Below are positions 36,259 to 45,209 of a DNA stretch of 64,000 bases, one piece after another. The translations under genes were made by a program, and so were the position numbers. Origin of the DNA: Nitrospira sp. (GTDB lineage: Bacteria > Nitrospirota > Nitrospiria > Nitrospirales > Nitrospiraceae). The notes under the pieces are model-generated. The model made no database searches, had not been told where the DNA came from, and was given only the letters and a program-made list of their open reading frames with translations. Each line of letters starts with the position of its first letter. The first letter of the stretch is position 1. The DNA lies in the NCBI GenBank assembly GCA_022226955.1, contig CP092079.1, positions 948,015 through 1,012,014 on the forward strand, read 5' to 3'.

Positions 36259-36272
36259 GTCAGAAATCTGAC
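36259..36272. promoter_or_regulatory. Candidate FleQ-type enhancer box upstream of fliL
   Basis: GTCA-GAAATC-TGAC palindrome, about 125-135 bp upstream of -24. Confidence 0.55.
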
Positions 36273-36383
36273 GGTGAAGCTGGGCTAGCAAGACGGACGT
36301 GCAGACAGCCTGAGCGAGGAATGAACGGAGAAGGAAGCCGGGATGAATTCTTGTCGGAATTCACCCCGGTAGAGGCCTGTTAG

Positions 36384-38120
36384 TTACCGTTTCAAATTCA
36401 CCAATTCCTGAAGGATTTCGTCTGAGGTCGTAATGACCCGTGAGTTCGCTTGGAACCCGCGTTGCGCGGCAATCATATCGATGAAGCTTTGACCGAGATC
36501 CACGTTCGAGAGTTCCAACGAATTGGACAGCACCCGGCCAAGGCCTGCACTATCCGGAGAGCCTGTGACCGGCTGGCCGGAGTTTCCTGATTCAGCGAAC
36601 GTGTTCTTACCGGTTCTGGTCAACCCGATCGGATCCGGAAACCGAGCTAATACCACTTGAGCCAGCGCGCGCAGTTGTCCATTCGAGAACCGGCCGCTGA
36701 TCACGCCGTTGGTATCGACACTGAAGGCCTGGAGCGAGCCGGCGGCATAGCCGTCTTGCGTCTGCTGGACCAGGGCAGAGGTGGAGCCGAATTGCGTGGT
36801 GCCGGTGAGTCCGTTCCCGCCATCGGTGATGACGCTGTCGCCGAAATTGATATCGATGAGCTGGTCTTGGGTCGCGCCGACAAAGTCGATCTGAAGTTCC
36901 CCTGGATTCGTACCGACGGTTCCGGCTGCCGTGCTGGTATCGAATCGAATCACCGGCCCTTCGCGCTGCAGCGTGCCGTCGGTTCCGAATGTCAGCGTGC
37001 CGGCGCCGACTCGAACGATCCCGAGCGTGACGTCGATATTGCTGGAATGATAGTTCGCCGTATTGATGTCAGCCGTGCTCGATACGACGTTATAGTTCCA
37101 GGCATTGGCTCCGACTTTTGTAAAATAGGTCGTCAGCAAATGATCATTTCCCAGTGAATCGTAGACGGTCAGCGAGGTCGTAAAGTTCGACGTGCCGACA
37201 GGATCCGACACATTGAAATCGGACCCGGTGGTCGAGGCGCCGGCCAGCATATTCAAATTCGCCGCCAGCGTATCCGCGCCGCTCGCGCCCACCACCACCG
37301 TGCCGGTATTGGTCGTCACGTCGTTCGTCGTGCCCGAGATGCCGGATCGGAACGTGAAAATATTGCTCGCGCCCACGGTGGCCTCGAAGCCATCGTAGGC
37401 CGATTGCAAGTAGGGATTGACGGCGGTCAAGCCGCGCACCGCGCTCTGAATCGCGCTGGCGAGCGCAGTGCCAGTCAGACCGTTCGCGACCGTGATCGTT
37501 CGGACTCCGTCGCCGTTCAGATTGACGGTGAGGGCATTATTGCCGGCCGCCGACGCCGTCACGGATGCAGACGACCCGATCACGTTGCCGCGAACGCCAG
37601 TGGTCGCCGTGCCGGAATTCAGATTGGCGGCCAGCAGCGCCGTCGAGGTCGGGTTCGGCGATGCCGTGGTGGTTGGCAAGGCGATATCTCCGATATTCCC
37701 GGTGATCGTCCCGGTCGTGTCCGCGAGGAATCCCTGTAGTTTAAATCCGGTGGGATCGACTACGACGCTGTCTTTGTTCAGGCGAAAGAGCCCATTGCGT
37801 CCATAGAACGTTCCGTTCTGCGCGTCCTTCATGACGAAGAACCCGTTGCCGTCGATCGCCAGATCGAGCACGTTCGATGAGGTGGCCAGCGACCCCTGAG
37901 TGAAATCTCCCTGCACCGAGGTGAGCGCCACGCCGATGCCGGTTTGCACCGAACCGGATCCGCCCGAGATTGAGGAGCTAATCAAGTCGGCGAATGTCGC
38001 GCGACTCCCCTTGAACCCGACCGTGCTGAGATTGGCAATGTTGTTACCGATGACCGACAATGCCGTGCCGTTGGCATTGAGCCCGCTTACACCGGCAAAC
38101 AGGGACGACAGAATACCCAT
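36384..38120 (-). CDS. flgE: Hook protein FlgE
   Basis: GNNIANLSTVGFK, LDLAIDGNGFF, LELSNVDL...MIAAQRGFQANSR. Confidence 0.95.
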   Translation of the reverse strand: MGILSSLFAGVSGLNANGTALSVIGNNIANLSTVGFKGSRATFADLISSSISGGSGSVQTGIGVALTSVQGDFTQGSLATSSNVLDLAIDGNGFFVMKDAQNGTFYGRNGLFRLNKDSVVVDPTGFKLQGFLADTTGTITGNIGDIALPTTTASPNPTSTALLAANLNSGTATTGVRGNVIGSSASVTASAAGNNALTVNLNGDGVRTITVANGLTGTALASAIQSAVRGLTAVNPYLQSAYDGFEATVGASNIFTFRSGISGTTNDVTTNTGTVVVGASGADTLAANLNMLAGASTTGSDFNVSDPVGTSNFTTSLTVYDSLGNDHLLTTYFTKVGANAWNYNVVSSTADINTANYHSSNIDVTLGIVRVGAGTLTFGTDGTLQREGPVIRFDTSTAAGTVGTNPGELQIDFVGATQDQLIDINFGDSVITDGGNGLTGTTQFGSTSALVQQTQDGYAAGSLQAFSVDTNGVISGRFSNGQLRALAQVVLARFPDPIGLTRTGKNTFAESGNSGQPVTGSPDSAGLGRVLSNSLELSNVDLGQSFIDMIAAQRGFQANSRVITTSDEILQELVNLKR

Positions 38121-38160
38121 GGGTCACATCCTCCTTTGAAGCCAATTCTCGACGTTCACC

Positions 38161-38841
38161 TTAACGTAGTTCGACAATATCTTTACGGTCGATCACATAG
38201 TCTCCGGCAGCCAGTCGAGGAGTTCCATCGACCATCCGCACACCGGAGATCGTTAAGACGGCACTCGGAGCCGCCACGACCGCACCGCCCTTGGAGTCCT
38301 TCGCCAGTACTTGGTACTGATAGGTTCCGTTCGGCATCAGGAAGCCGTTTTGATTGCGTCCATCCCACTGCACTTCCTGCTTGCCCGCACTCTGCGTGCC
38401 CAAATCCAGAATGCGAATGGCCTTTCCTTGCTTGTCCTGAATGGTGACCCGGACAGTGGTCGCTTCGCGCTCCAACGCATAGGTAAGTTTCGCGGGCCCG
38501 TCCTTCAAATTGATCAATGAGCCTTCGACCTGCACAGTGCGCCCGATCATGGGCAGTAAGGTGTACTGCATCGAATCGGTTTGTTGGGCAATGCTCTTTT
38601 CCAACAACTGAACTTGTTTTGTGCTCTGGTCTAATTGACTGAATTGGGCCAGCTCGGCCACAAAGGCGGTATTATCCATCGGCTTCAAGGGATCCTGATT
38701 CTTGAGCTGTGTCACCAGCAGCTTCAAAAAATCGTTCTGACCCAGTTGCTGGTTGCCGCTCAAGGCTCCGGCGATCCCGCCGGTCGTTGACGTCGTGGTA
38801 CTCTTGGTCGTCTGCGATGTCGCGGGATCAATAGTTGCCAT
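38161..38841 (-). CDS. flgD: Hook capping protein FlgD
   Basis: FLKLLVTQLKNQDPLKPMDN..FVAELAQFS; WDG. Confidence 0.95.
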   Translation of the reverse strand: MATIDPATSQTTKSTTTSTTGGIAGALSGNQQLGQNDFLKLLVTQLKNQDPLKPMDNTAFVAELAQFSQLDQSTKQVQLLEKSIAQQTDSMQYTLLPMIGRTVQVEGSLINLKDGPAKLTYALEREATTVRVTIQDKQGKAIRILDLGTQSAGKQEVQWDGRNQNGFLMPNGTYQYQVLAKDSKGGAVVAAPSAVLTISGVRMVDGTPRLAAGDYVIDRKDIVELR

Positions 38842-38859
38842 AATCCGATTTCCTTCTCG

Positions 38860-40482
38860 TTACGCCACCAGATTCAACATGCCGCGCCGCGGCGCCGTCT
38901 CGCGCATCTTCTCCTCGCGCCCCTGTCCTCCAGGCTGGCGCTCTCCCTGCGGCGCATGGCCCTGCGATTGTTCCTGAGAGGCGGGATCTTGGAAGGACCG
39001 CCCAGCGCTCTGGCGGTCGATGTCGACCTGGAATCGGCCCAGATCCAATCCCGACGCTTGTAACGCCGATTGCAACCGGTCTTGCCCGTTCACCAGATAC
39101 TGCCCGAGCTCGTTCCGCTCGGATGAGAAATGCGTATGCACGGTATCTTGGTTGACCGCGACGCGAATATTGACCCGTCCCAAATCGGCTTGAGACAGCT
39201 CCAGCATCATGGACTTGGTCTGACTCGACGCCGTTCCCGGCATCCAATCGGTCGGCTGAACCGGAGGAGCAGGCGCGGCAGTCGGCTGGTCCGCAGACAG
39301 CTTGGCCGACGGCGCGGAAGAAAACGCGCGGTGATCCACGTTATGGGGCCCGAGCATGGAATTCGATGACGGCGCAGGCGCAGCGGCCTCCGGCATAGCA
39401 GCCTGTGGCATGACCTGTTCCGCCGATGCGCGTTCGCGATGATCGCGGCCGGACCATTCCATTCCGCTTTCGGCGCCCTGATTGTGAGATTCTTGCAAGG
39501 CGGCCATCGGCACGGACGGCTGGCGTGGCGCCACCTCCTCTTTCGGCGCTGGCGTTTCTGGCGCCGACACCGGACGCTCCATGACAATCGGCCGAGGCTC
39601 TTCCAGCTGTTGGATCTGCTCGGCTACCATCGCCTTGACTGCCGTGAGATCTTCCCTCGCCTGAGTGCGTTGATCCTGAGGCGAAACCGCCGACTCATTC
39701 TTCGCTGCATGGTGCTCGGCCGCATGCGGCTGTTTCTCGGGCGCAAGCGGTGCATCCGGCTGCTCCTGCTGAAGATTGCCCAGCCCGTCGGAAATTGACT
39801 GCGCCCCGTTGCTCAAGACCGTATTGCCATCCGGCGAGACCATCGGCTGAATTGTCCGATCGGCCGCGACCTGCGGAACGGCATTCGATTGAGCCGCTGC
39901 TTCAGTGTCCACCGGCATCGCCGTCGTGGCTTTGCTATCGACCGGTGGAGTTGTAGAAGGAGCGTCTGCCGCAACCGGCAGCGATGTCTCGGCCACCATG
40001 ACAGCCGGCATGGCGGATTCCATGACGTTGTTGGTCGATTCACCCGATGATGCGGGCACCGGAACTTGAGCGTCTGTCTTGACCGTGGGCTGAGCGATCA
40101 AGGCAAGCAAGACACTTTGCGAGGCCGCATCGGTCGTCGGCGAGGCCGTCGCGTCGACGGATTCTGGCCGTGACGCATCCTCGCCTTTGCCGTCTGTCTG
40201 GCTATCCTGGGTTGCGCGGGAGGAGGTTGAAACCGGTGTCGTGGAAGCAGGTTCATCCGATGACATGTGGGTATCGCGCGCGTCGCCGTCCGTTTGGCTT
40301 CGCCCTATTTTCTGGCGCGGTTCTTTTGTCGTCTGCGCCGCATGCAATTCAGACGAAAAGGATTTGCCGGATTCGGCCGGTTCTCGTTTATTTCCGCCCT
40401 GCCCAGAGCGAGGCGTGCTCTGAGTGCTAGTTGTCTTGGAGGTGCTGGCGGCCGGAGTATACGGTGGTTGAACGTCCATCAT
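38860..40482 (-). CDS. fliK: Hook-length control protein FliK
   Basis: Long low-complexity P/A/S/T N-region, then C-terminal L...LGRVNIRV...LQSAL..GL; start moved to MMDVQP at 40482. Confidence 0.85.
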   Translation of the reverse strand: MMDVQPPYTPAASTSKTTSTQSTPRSGQGGNKREPAESGKSFSSELHAAQTTKEPRQKIGRSQTDGDARDTHMSSDEPASTTPVSTSSRATQDSQTDGKGEDASRPESVDATASPTTDAASQSVLLALIAQPTVKTDAQVPVPASSGESTNNVMESAMPAVMVAETSLPVAADAPSTTPPVDSKATTAMPVDTEAAAQSNAVPQVAADRTIQPMVSPDGNTVLSNGAQSISDGLGNLQQEQPDAPLAPEKQPHAAEHHAAKNESAVSPQDQRTQAREDLTAVKAMVAEQIQQLEEPRPIVMERPVSAPETPAPKEEVAPRQPSVPMAALQESHNQGAESGMEWSGRDHRERASAEQVMPQAAMPEAAAPAPSSNSMLGPHNVDHRAFSSAPSAKLSADQPTAAPAPPVQPTDWMPGTASSQTKSMMLELSQADLGRVNIRVAVNQDTVHTHFSSERNELGQYLVNGQDRLQSALQASGLDLGRFQVDIDRQSAGRSFQDPASQEQSQGHAPQGERQPGGQGREEKMRETAPRRGMLNLVA

Positions 40483-40528
40483 GGCTTTACAATTCCCAAT
40501 GGTTGTCACATGACATGCTCCCGCATAG

Positions 40529-40544
40529 TTCAAGCCTCATGCCA
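40529..40544 (-). promoter_or_regulatory. Candidate internal sigma54 promoter for fliK-flgD-flgE
   Basis: TGGCATGAGGCTTGAA, GG-N10-GA (non-canonical -12). Confidence 0.45.
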
Positions 40545-40669
40545 ATTCGCCAGGACGAAAACTCCGCGCCAATTCATGGAAATGAACGAAGCGGCATCGC
40601 GCACTTTCCGAGAGGAGGAAAAAACTTCCTACCCTGTAGGCAAGATGCGCTATCGACAGGGAAGGCAAC

Positions 40670-41431
40670 CTAGGGGACTTGAACGAGCAACTGTTCAGTG
40701 AGCTTGGCGGCCCGTTCGACACGGACTTGGGAGAGGATCGCGCCGGCGATTTTCGGCTTGACGATGCGAAGAATTTCAATCGCTTTATGCTCAGGCATCT
40801 TTTCAAGTCTTGCCGCGGCTTCCTCGGACGGCATGGATTCATACATCTTCGCGAGCTGAGCCTGGTTCTGACTTTTTTGATCCTGCGCATGCTTGGAGTA
40901 CATCGCTTTTCGCTCGGCGATAAACTGGTCTTGCTGAATTTTCTGTTCCGTCGTTTGCTTCTGATGCAGCCGCCGGGATTCCTCAATCTTTTTCTGCATC
41001 GCTTCGTTTTTCGTGAGCAGCCCTTCCAGCTCCGTCTTGAGGGCGAGGAGACGCTCTTCTTCTTGCCGAACGGCCGCTTCACGACGGTCAAGATCCTTCT
41101 TGCGCTGATCCAGCATCTCAATCATTTCTCGCGGAGTTTCGATTGCGACTCCTTGCGCGGCGGAGGCATTGCCAGACGCAGCATCCGCATCGGTGCCAGC
41201 GGCGGCTCCCGATGCCGGCGCTGCAGCCACCGCAGGCTTGGCCGGTTGCGGCTCAGACGAGGCTTGCCCCAGTTGCACCATGACCCACAGCAGAAAGACC
41301 GATCCAGCGATGCCGCCCGCCAGCGTCCAGAGATGGGAGCGCCGCTCCGACCTGGTCAAAGATCGGCGAGACTTCGTGGTATGCCGCACTGTGATACGAT
41401 CTGAATCGCGATAGCTAGAGAAAGGCGTCAT
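40670..41431 (-). CDS. MotE/YlxF-like flagellar protein (TM, coiled coil, MgtE_N-like domain)
   Basis: TM helix, long coiled coil, LAKMYESMPSEEAAARL...IL..V....A.AIL; located after fliJ. Confidence 0.75.
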   Translation of the reverse strand: MTPFSSYRDSDRITVRHTTKSRRSLTRSERRSHLWTLAGGIAGSVFLLWVMVQLGQASSEPQPAKPAVAAAPASGAAAGTDADAASGNASAAQGVAIETPREMIEMLDQRKKDLDRREAAVRQEEERLLALKTELEGLLTKNEAMQKKIEESRRLHQKQTTEQKIQQDQFIAERKAMYSKHAQDQKSQNQAQLAKMYESMPSEEAAARLEKMPEHKAIEILRIVKPKIAGAILSQVRVERAAKLTEQLLVQVP

Positions 41432-41868
41432 GACCGCGCATCTCCCTGGCCGGTGAAACGGTGATGGGCCGATTCATCGGTCGCCAGTTGCTCGCGGCGG
41501 CGCATCTCCGCCAATGCCGCCTCTCGATACCGCTCAATCAGTCGATCCAAGGTCCGCCGATCCTGACTCGCCGCTACCAGCCTGGCTCGCGCTTCTTCCC
41601 ATTGCAGTTGCCAATGCGCCAGGGTTCGGCGAGCTTGCTTCGCCGCGGACGCCTGCGCTTCAAAGTGCGACTGCCACTGCAACAACTGCTCGATCGTCAT
41701 GCCTTGACGGGTTTCTTCGCGATATTGTTCTTCCTGCCGCTGCCGAGTGTCCGCCAAACGGGCGATGGACTGTTCCGCCTGAAGGAGCTGCTGAGTGACC
41801 TCCGCAAGCTCCATCTTGATCTGCTCCTCGACTTGGAGCCGATAGTGCTGTACGGCCTGTACGCTCAT
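41428..41868 (-). CDS. fliJ: Export chaperone/ATPase stalk FliJ
   Basis: 146-aa coiled coil after fliI; ARLVAASQDRRTLDRL, EQLATDE. Confidence 0.85.
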   Translation of the reverse strand: MSVQAVQHYRLQVEEQIKMELAEVTQQLLQAEQSIARLADTRQRQEEQYREETRQGMTIEQLLQWQSHFEAQASAAKQARRTLAHWQLQWEEARARLVAASQDRRTLDRLIERYREAALAEMRRREQLATDESAHHRFTGQGDARS

Positions 41869-43169
41869 GTTTGCCGCGCCAATGTGAGAAGGTCCTGCCG
41901 GGACGAGGCAAAGTCGGCGGGCTGTTCAACCGCTTGACGGAGATATCCGTTAATGGCCTCTTGCCCACGCACGGCTCGATCCAACGTGGCATTCATTCCC
42001 TGCTTATAGGCCCCGAGAAGAATCAGATCTTCAGATTGGCGATACCGCGCCATCAATTCGATGGTTTGACGCGCCGCGGCCTCATGCTCGCGCGTGACGA
42101 TGTCGCGCATGACTCGGCTGGTGCTTTGAAGCAAATCGATTGCCGGAAAATGGTTCTGCGCCGCCAGCGCGCGCGAAAGAACGATATGCCCATCCAAAAT
42201 CGACCGCACCGTATCGGCAATTGGATCGGATAGATCGTCGCCATCCACAAGCACCGTATATAACCCGGTAATCGTGCCGATCCCAGGCCCAGTCCCCACC
42301 CGTTCCAGCAGTTTGGGAAGCATCGCGAAGACCGACGGCGTATAGCCTTTCGTTGTCGGAGGTTCGCCGATTGCCAACCCCACTTCCCGCTGGCTGTAGG
42401 CCAGCCGGGTCAGCGAATCCATCATCAACAAGACCTGGCGGCCTTGGTCGCGGAAGTATTCGGCAATGCAGGTCGCCACCAGAGAGGCCCGCAATCGCAC
42501 CATCGGCGGTTGATCCGATGTAGCCACAATGACGACCGACCGCTTCAACGCCTCCGCGCCTAGGTCGCGCTCAAGAAACTCGTTCACCTCGCGTCCGCGC
42601 TCGCCGATCAGCGCGATCACATTGACATCCGCTTGGGTATACCGACTGATCATGCCGAGCAAGACGCTCTTTCCAACGCCCGACCCGGCGAAGATTCCGA
42701 CTTTCTGTCCACGCCCACAGGTCAAGAAGCCGTTGATTGCCCGCACGCCCAAGTCCAATGGAGTCGTGATCCTGTTGCGCGACAGCGGATTCGGCGGGCT
42801 TGCCTGGAGGGGATAGTGCGTCTGTGCGATGAGCGGCCCCTTGCCGTCCAGCGGTTCTCCCAGCCCATTCAAAACTCGTCCAAGCAGCGCAGGCCCCACC
42901 GCGAGTCCGGCCGATTGGCCTGTCATGGCAATGCGGCTCGACGGGCCGATTCCATGCATGTCGCCCAGCGGCATCAGCAACACCCGGTCCCCTCGAAATC
43001 CGACCACCTCCGCTGGAATCGATCCTTTGCCGTCTTCTCTCGTGATGCGGCACATATCGCCGACTGTCGAGCGCGCGCCGGTGCCTTCAATGACCAGGCC
43101 AACGGCTTGCGCCACCCGCCCGGTAATGTCCAACGGCTCGACCTGATCCAACAAATCACTGAGCGACAT
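41865..43169 (-). CDS. fliI: Flagellar export ATPase FliI
   Basis: GIFAGSGVGKS, LIGERGREV, MDSLTR, GEPP..KGY.PSV; start MSLSD at 43169. Confidence 0.96.
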   Translation of the reverse strand: MSLSDLLDQVEPLDITGRVAQAVGLVIEGTGARSTVGDMCRITREDGKGSIPAEVVGFRGDRVLLMPLGDMHGIGPSSRIAMTGQSAGLAVGPALLGRVLNGLGEPLDGKGPLIAQTHYPLQASPPNPLSRNRITTPLDLGVRAINGFLTCGRGQKVGIFAGSGVGKSVLLGMISRYTQADVNVIALIGERGREVNEFLERDLGAEALKRSVVIVATSDQPPMVRLRASLVATCIAEYFRDQGRQVLLMMDSLTRLAYSQREVGLAIGEPPTTKGYTPSVFAMLPKLLERVGTGPGIGTITGLYTVLVDGDDLSDPIADTVRSILDGHIVLSRALAAQNHFPAIDLLQSTSRVMRDIVTREHEAAARQTIELMARYRQSEDLILLGAYKQGMNATLDRAVRGQEAINGYLRQAVEQPADFASSRQDLLTLARQT

Positions 43170-44205
43170 GCGATCCTCGTGCGCGCAGCGCGTCGCCCAA
43201 TCGAAACAATTGCGTATCGAGCGAGGCATCCACGACTCGGTTGGCCGTCTGCACAATGCAACTTCCCCTGGACAGCGTCATATCGGGCTCGATATGGAGC
43301 GAGAGGGTGAGATCTCCCACCTGGCTCAACTCGCCGCGCAGCGCTTCCAACGTGGCGGCGTCGGCGGGATGCACCGTGATCGTCGCCCGGCCGGACTCTT
43401 TCAAAGCCGCCAGCGCCGCTTTGGCTTGCTCCACCACCTGTTCTTTCACTTGATCGGCGCGATCGCGGAGAATTTTGACCGCAATCTGAAAGGCCACACT
43501 CACCACGTCGTCTTCCATCGTTTGATGCAAGGCCAGCCAGGCTTGATCGAATTTTCTCACGGCATTCGAGAACAGCGTCCGCTCGTGGCGGCGCCGCTCT
43601 TCATCCCTGGCGCAGGCTCGCCGCTCGCCTTCGGCAATGCCGCGTTCGTATTCGGTCAGTCCATCTTGCCCGCGCGTCACGCCGTCTTCGCCGAACGTTT
43701 GCAGCACCATGCTGTGCACACGCAAGCCGCCGGCCCGCACCACCGCATGTTTCAAGACCGTGTTTTCCGCGCGCAGCGCATGCAGTTCGAGCAGCCGCCT
43801 GGCGGTCATCAGCACGACATCGTTCTGAATCGGCTTCATGAAGAATTCGGCCGCGCCGGCTTTCATCGCCCGGACGGCCAACTCGACGCTCGGCGAGCCG
43901 GTCATCACCACGCTGATTACTCGCTGGTCGAACGCCTGCACCTGCTCCAAGAGCTGAATGCCGTCCAAGTCCGGCAACATGATGTCTGCCATCAACAGAG
44001 CCGGCGGGGCTTGCTTCACCATCGCCAGCGCTTCTTGGGCAGTCCCGGCAACCCGAATGACCACCCCTTCCGATCGAAAAAGCTCGACGAAAAGATTCCG
44101 GATCGTCTCGTCGTCGTCAACGACCAGAATCGACCCGAGCAGTTTCGAAGATCCGATTGCCGCCGGCGTGGAGGATTTGGCTGGCAGCGAGGCACTCGTG
44201 ACCAT
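43156..44205 (-). CDS. fliH: FliH with an N-terminal response-regulator receiver domain
   Basis: Residues ~24-140 form a REC domain (VVDDD, ADIMLP, MTG, MKP); C-terminal half has YERGIAEG, ITVHPAD, EPD..LSRGSCIVQT...VDASLDTQL (FliH); lies between fliG and fliI in one continuous ORF. Confidence 0.9.
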   Translation of the reverse strand: MVTSASLPAKSSTPAAIGSSKLLGSILVVDDDETIRNLFVELFRSEGVVIRVAGTAQEALAMVKQAPPALLMADIMLPDLDGIQLLEQVQAFDQRVISVVMTGSPSVELAVRAMKAGAAEFFMKPIQNDVVLMTARRLLELHALRAENTVLKHAVVRAGGLRVHSMVLQTFGEDGVTRGQDGLTEYERGIAEGERRACARDEERRRHERTLFSNAVRKFDQAWLALHQTMEDDVVSVAFQIAVKILRDRADQVKEQVVEQAKAALAALKESGRATITVHPADAATLEALRGELSQVGDLTLSLHIEPDMTLSRGSCIVQTANRVVDASLDTQLFRLGDALRARGSHVAQ

Positions 44206-45207
44206 TTACAGCATTTCCTCCCCGGCGCCGGCCACCACAATGCGGCCCTCTTCTTCCAGTTTGCGGCAGACCTTGAGGATGTTCTGTTGAGATTTCTCCA
44301 CATCGGCAATTTTAACCGGTCCCTTGGACTCCATATCGTCCTTGAGCATCTCGGCCGCCCGGCTCGACATGTTCTTGAAGAATTTATCCTTGATGTCGGA
44401 GTTCGCGCCGCGCAAAGCCAGCGGCAGATCCTCCTTGCTGATTTCCTTCATCAATTCCTGCATGCCTCGGTCATCGAGCTTGATCAAGTCGTCGAAGACG
44501 AACATCAAGGCGCGAATGGCATCGGCCAGCGGCTGGCTCTTCTCCGCGATCTTGGCCATGATGTTGCCCTCGGTCGTCTTGTCGAGCCGGGTCATGATGT
44601 CGGCCATCATCTCCGTGCCGCCAAGCGATTGGGCGCGCATGCCGGTATTCGACAAGAGCGCTTCCTGCATCGTATTGCTGAGTTCTTCCAAGACGTCCGG
44701 TTGCACTTCCTCCATTGTTGCCAGCCGCAAGGCGACATCGCCCCGCAGAAATTCCGGCAGCTGGGCCAGCAACTGGCTGGCCTGTTCGCTTTCCAGATGC
44801 GCCAAAATCACGGCGATGGTTTGCGGATGCTCGACCTTGATCATGCTCGCCAAAGATTTCGCGTCCACCCACTTCAGCGCTTCCAGCCCTGGATAGCTCT
44901 TGCGCGTCATCGACTCGATGATGCTCTTTGCTTTTTCAGGCCCCAGCGCTTTGATCAAAATGTTGCGAATATACTCATTGCCCTTAAACTGCACTTCTCC
45001 ACTGGAGCTGGCGGACTCGAATTCAGAAATCACCGTCTCCTCGTCTTCTTTGGAAATCTTGGCCGTGCCATTCATGAAATGCCCAAGTTTTTTGATCTCT
45101 TTCGGATCAAGCTGCTTCATCACTTGCGCGGCCGCCTCTTCTCCGATGGCACGAAGCAGAATCGCCGCCTTCTGTTCACCGGGCATCTGTTTGGCATCGC
45201 CGGCCAT
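44206..45207 (-). CDS. fliG: C-ring/rotor protein FliG
   Basis: GEQKAAILL, EHPQTIAVIL, MFVFDDL, FKNMSSRAAEML; start MAGDAK. Confidence 0.96.
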   Translation of the reverse strand: MAGDAKQMPGEQKAAILLRAIGEEAAAQVMKQLDPKEIKKLGHFMNGTAKISKEDEETVISEFESASSSGEVQFKGNEYIRNILIKALGPEKAKSIIESMTRKSYPGLEALKWVDAKSLASMIKVEHPQTIAVILAHLESEQASQLLAQLPEFLRGDVALRLATMEEVQPDVLEELSNTMQEALLSNTGMRAQSLGGTEMMADIMTRLDKTTEGNIMAKIAEKSQPLADAIRALMFVFDDLIKLDDRGMQELMKEISKEDLPLALRGANSDIKDKFFKNMSSRAAEMLKDDMESKGPVKIADVEKSQQNILKVCRKLEEEGRIVVAGAGEEML

Positions 45208-45209
45208 GG

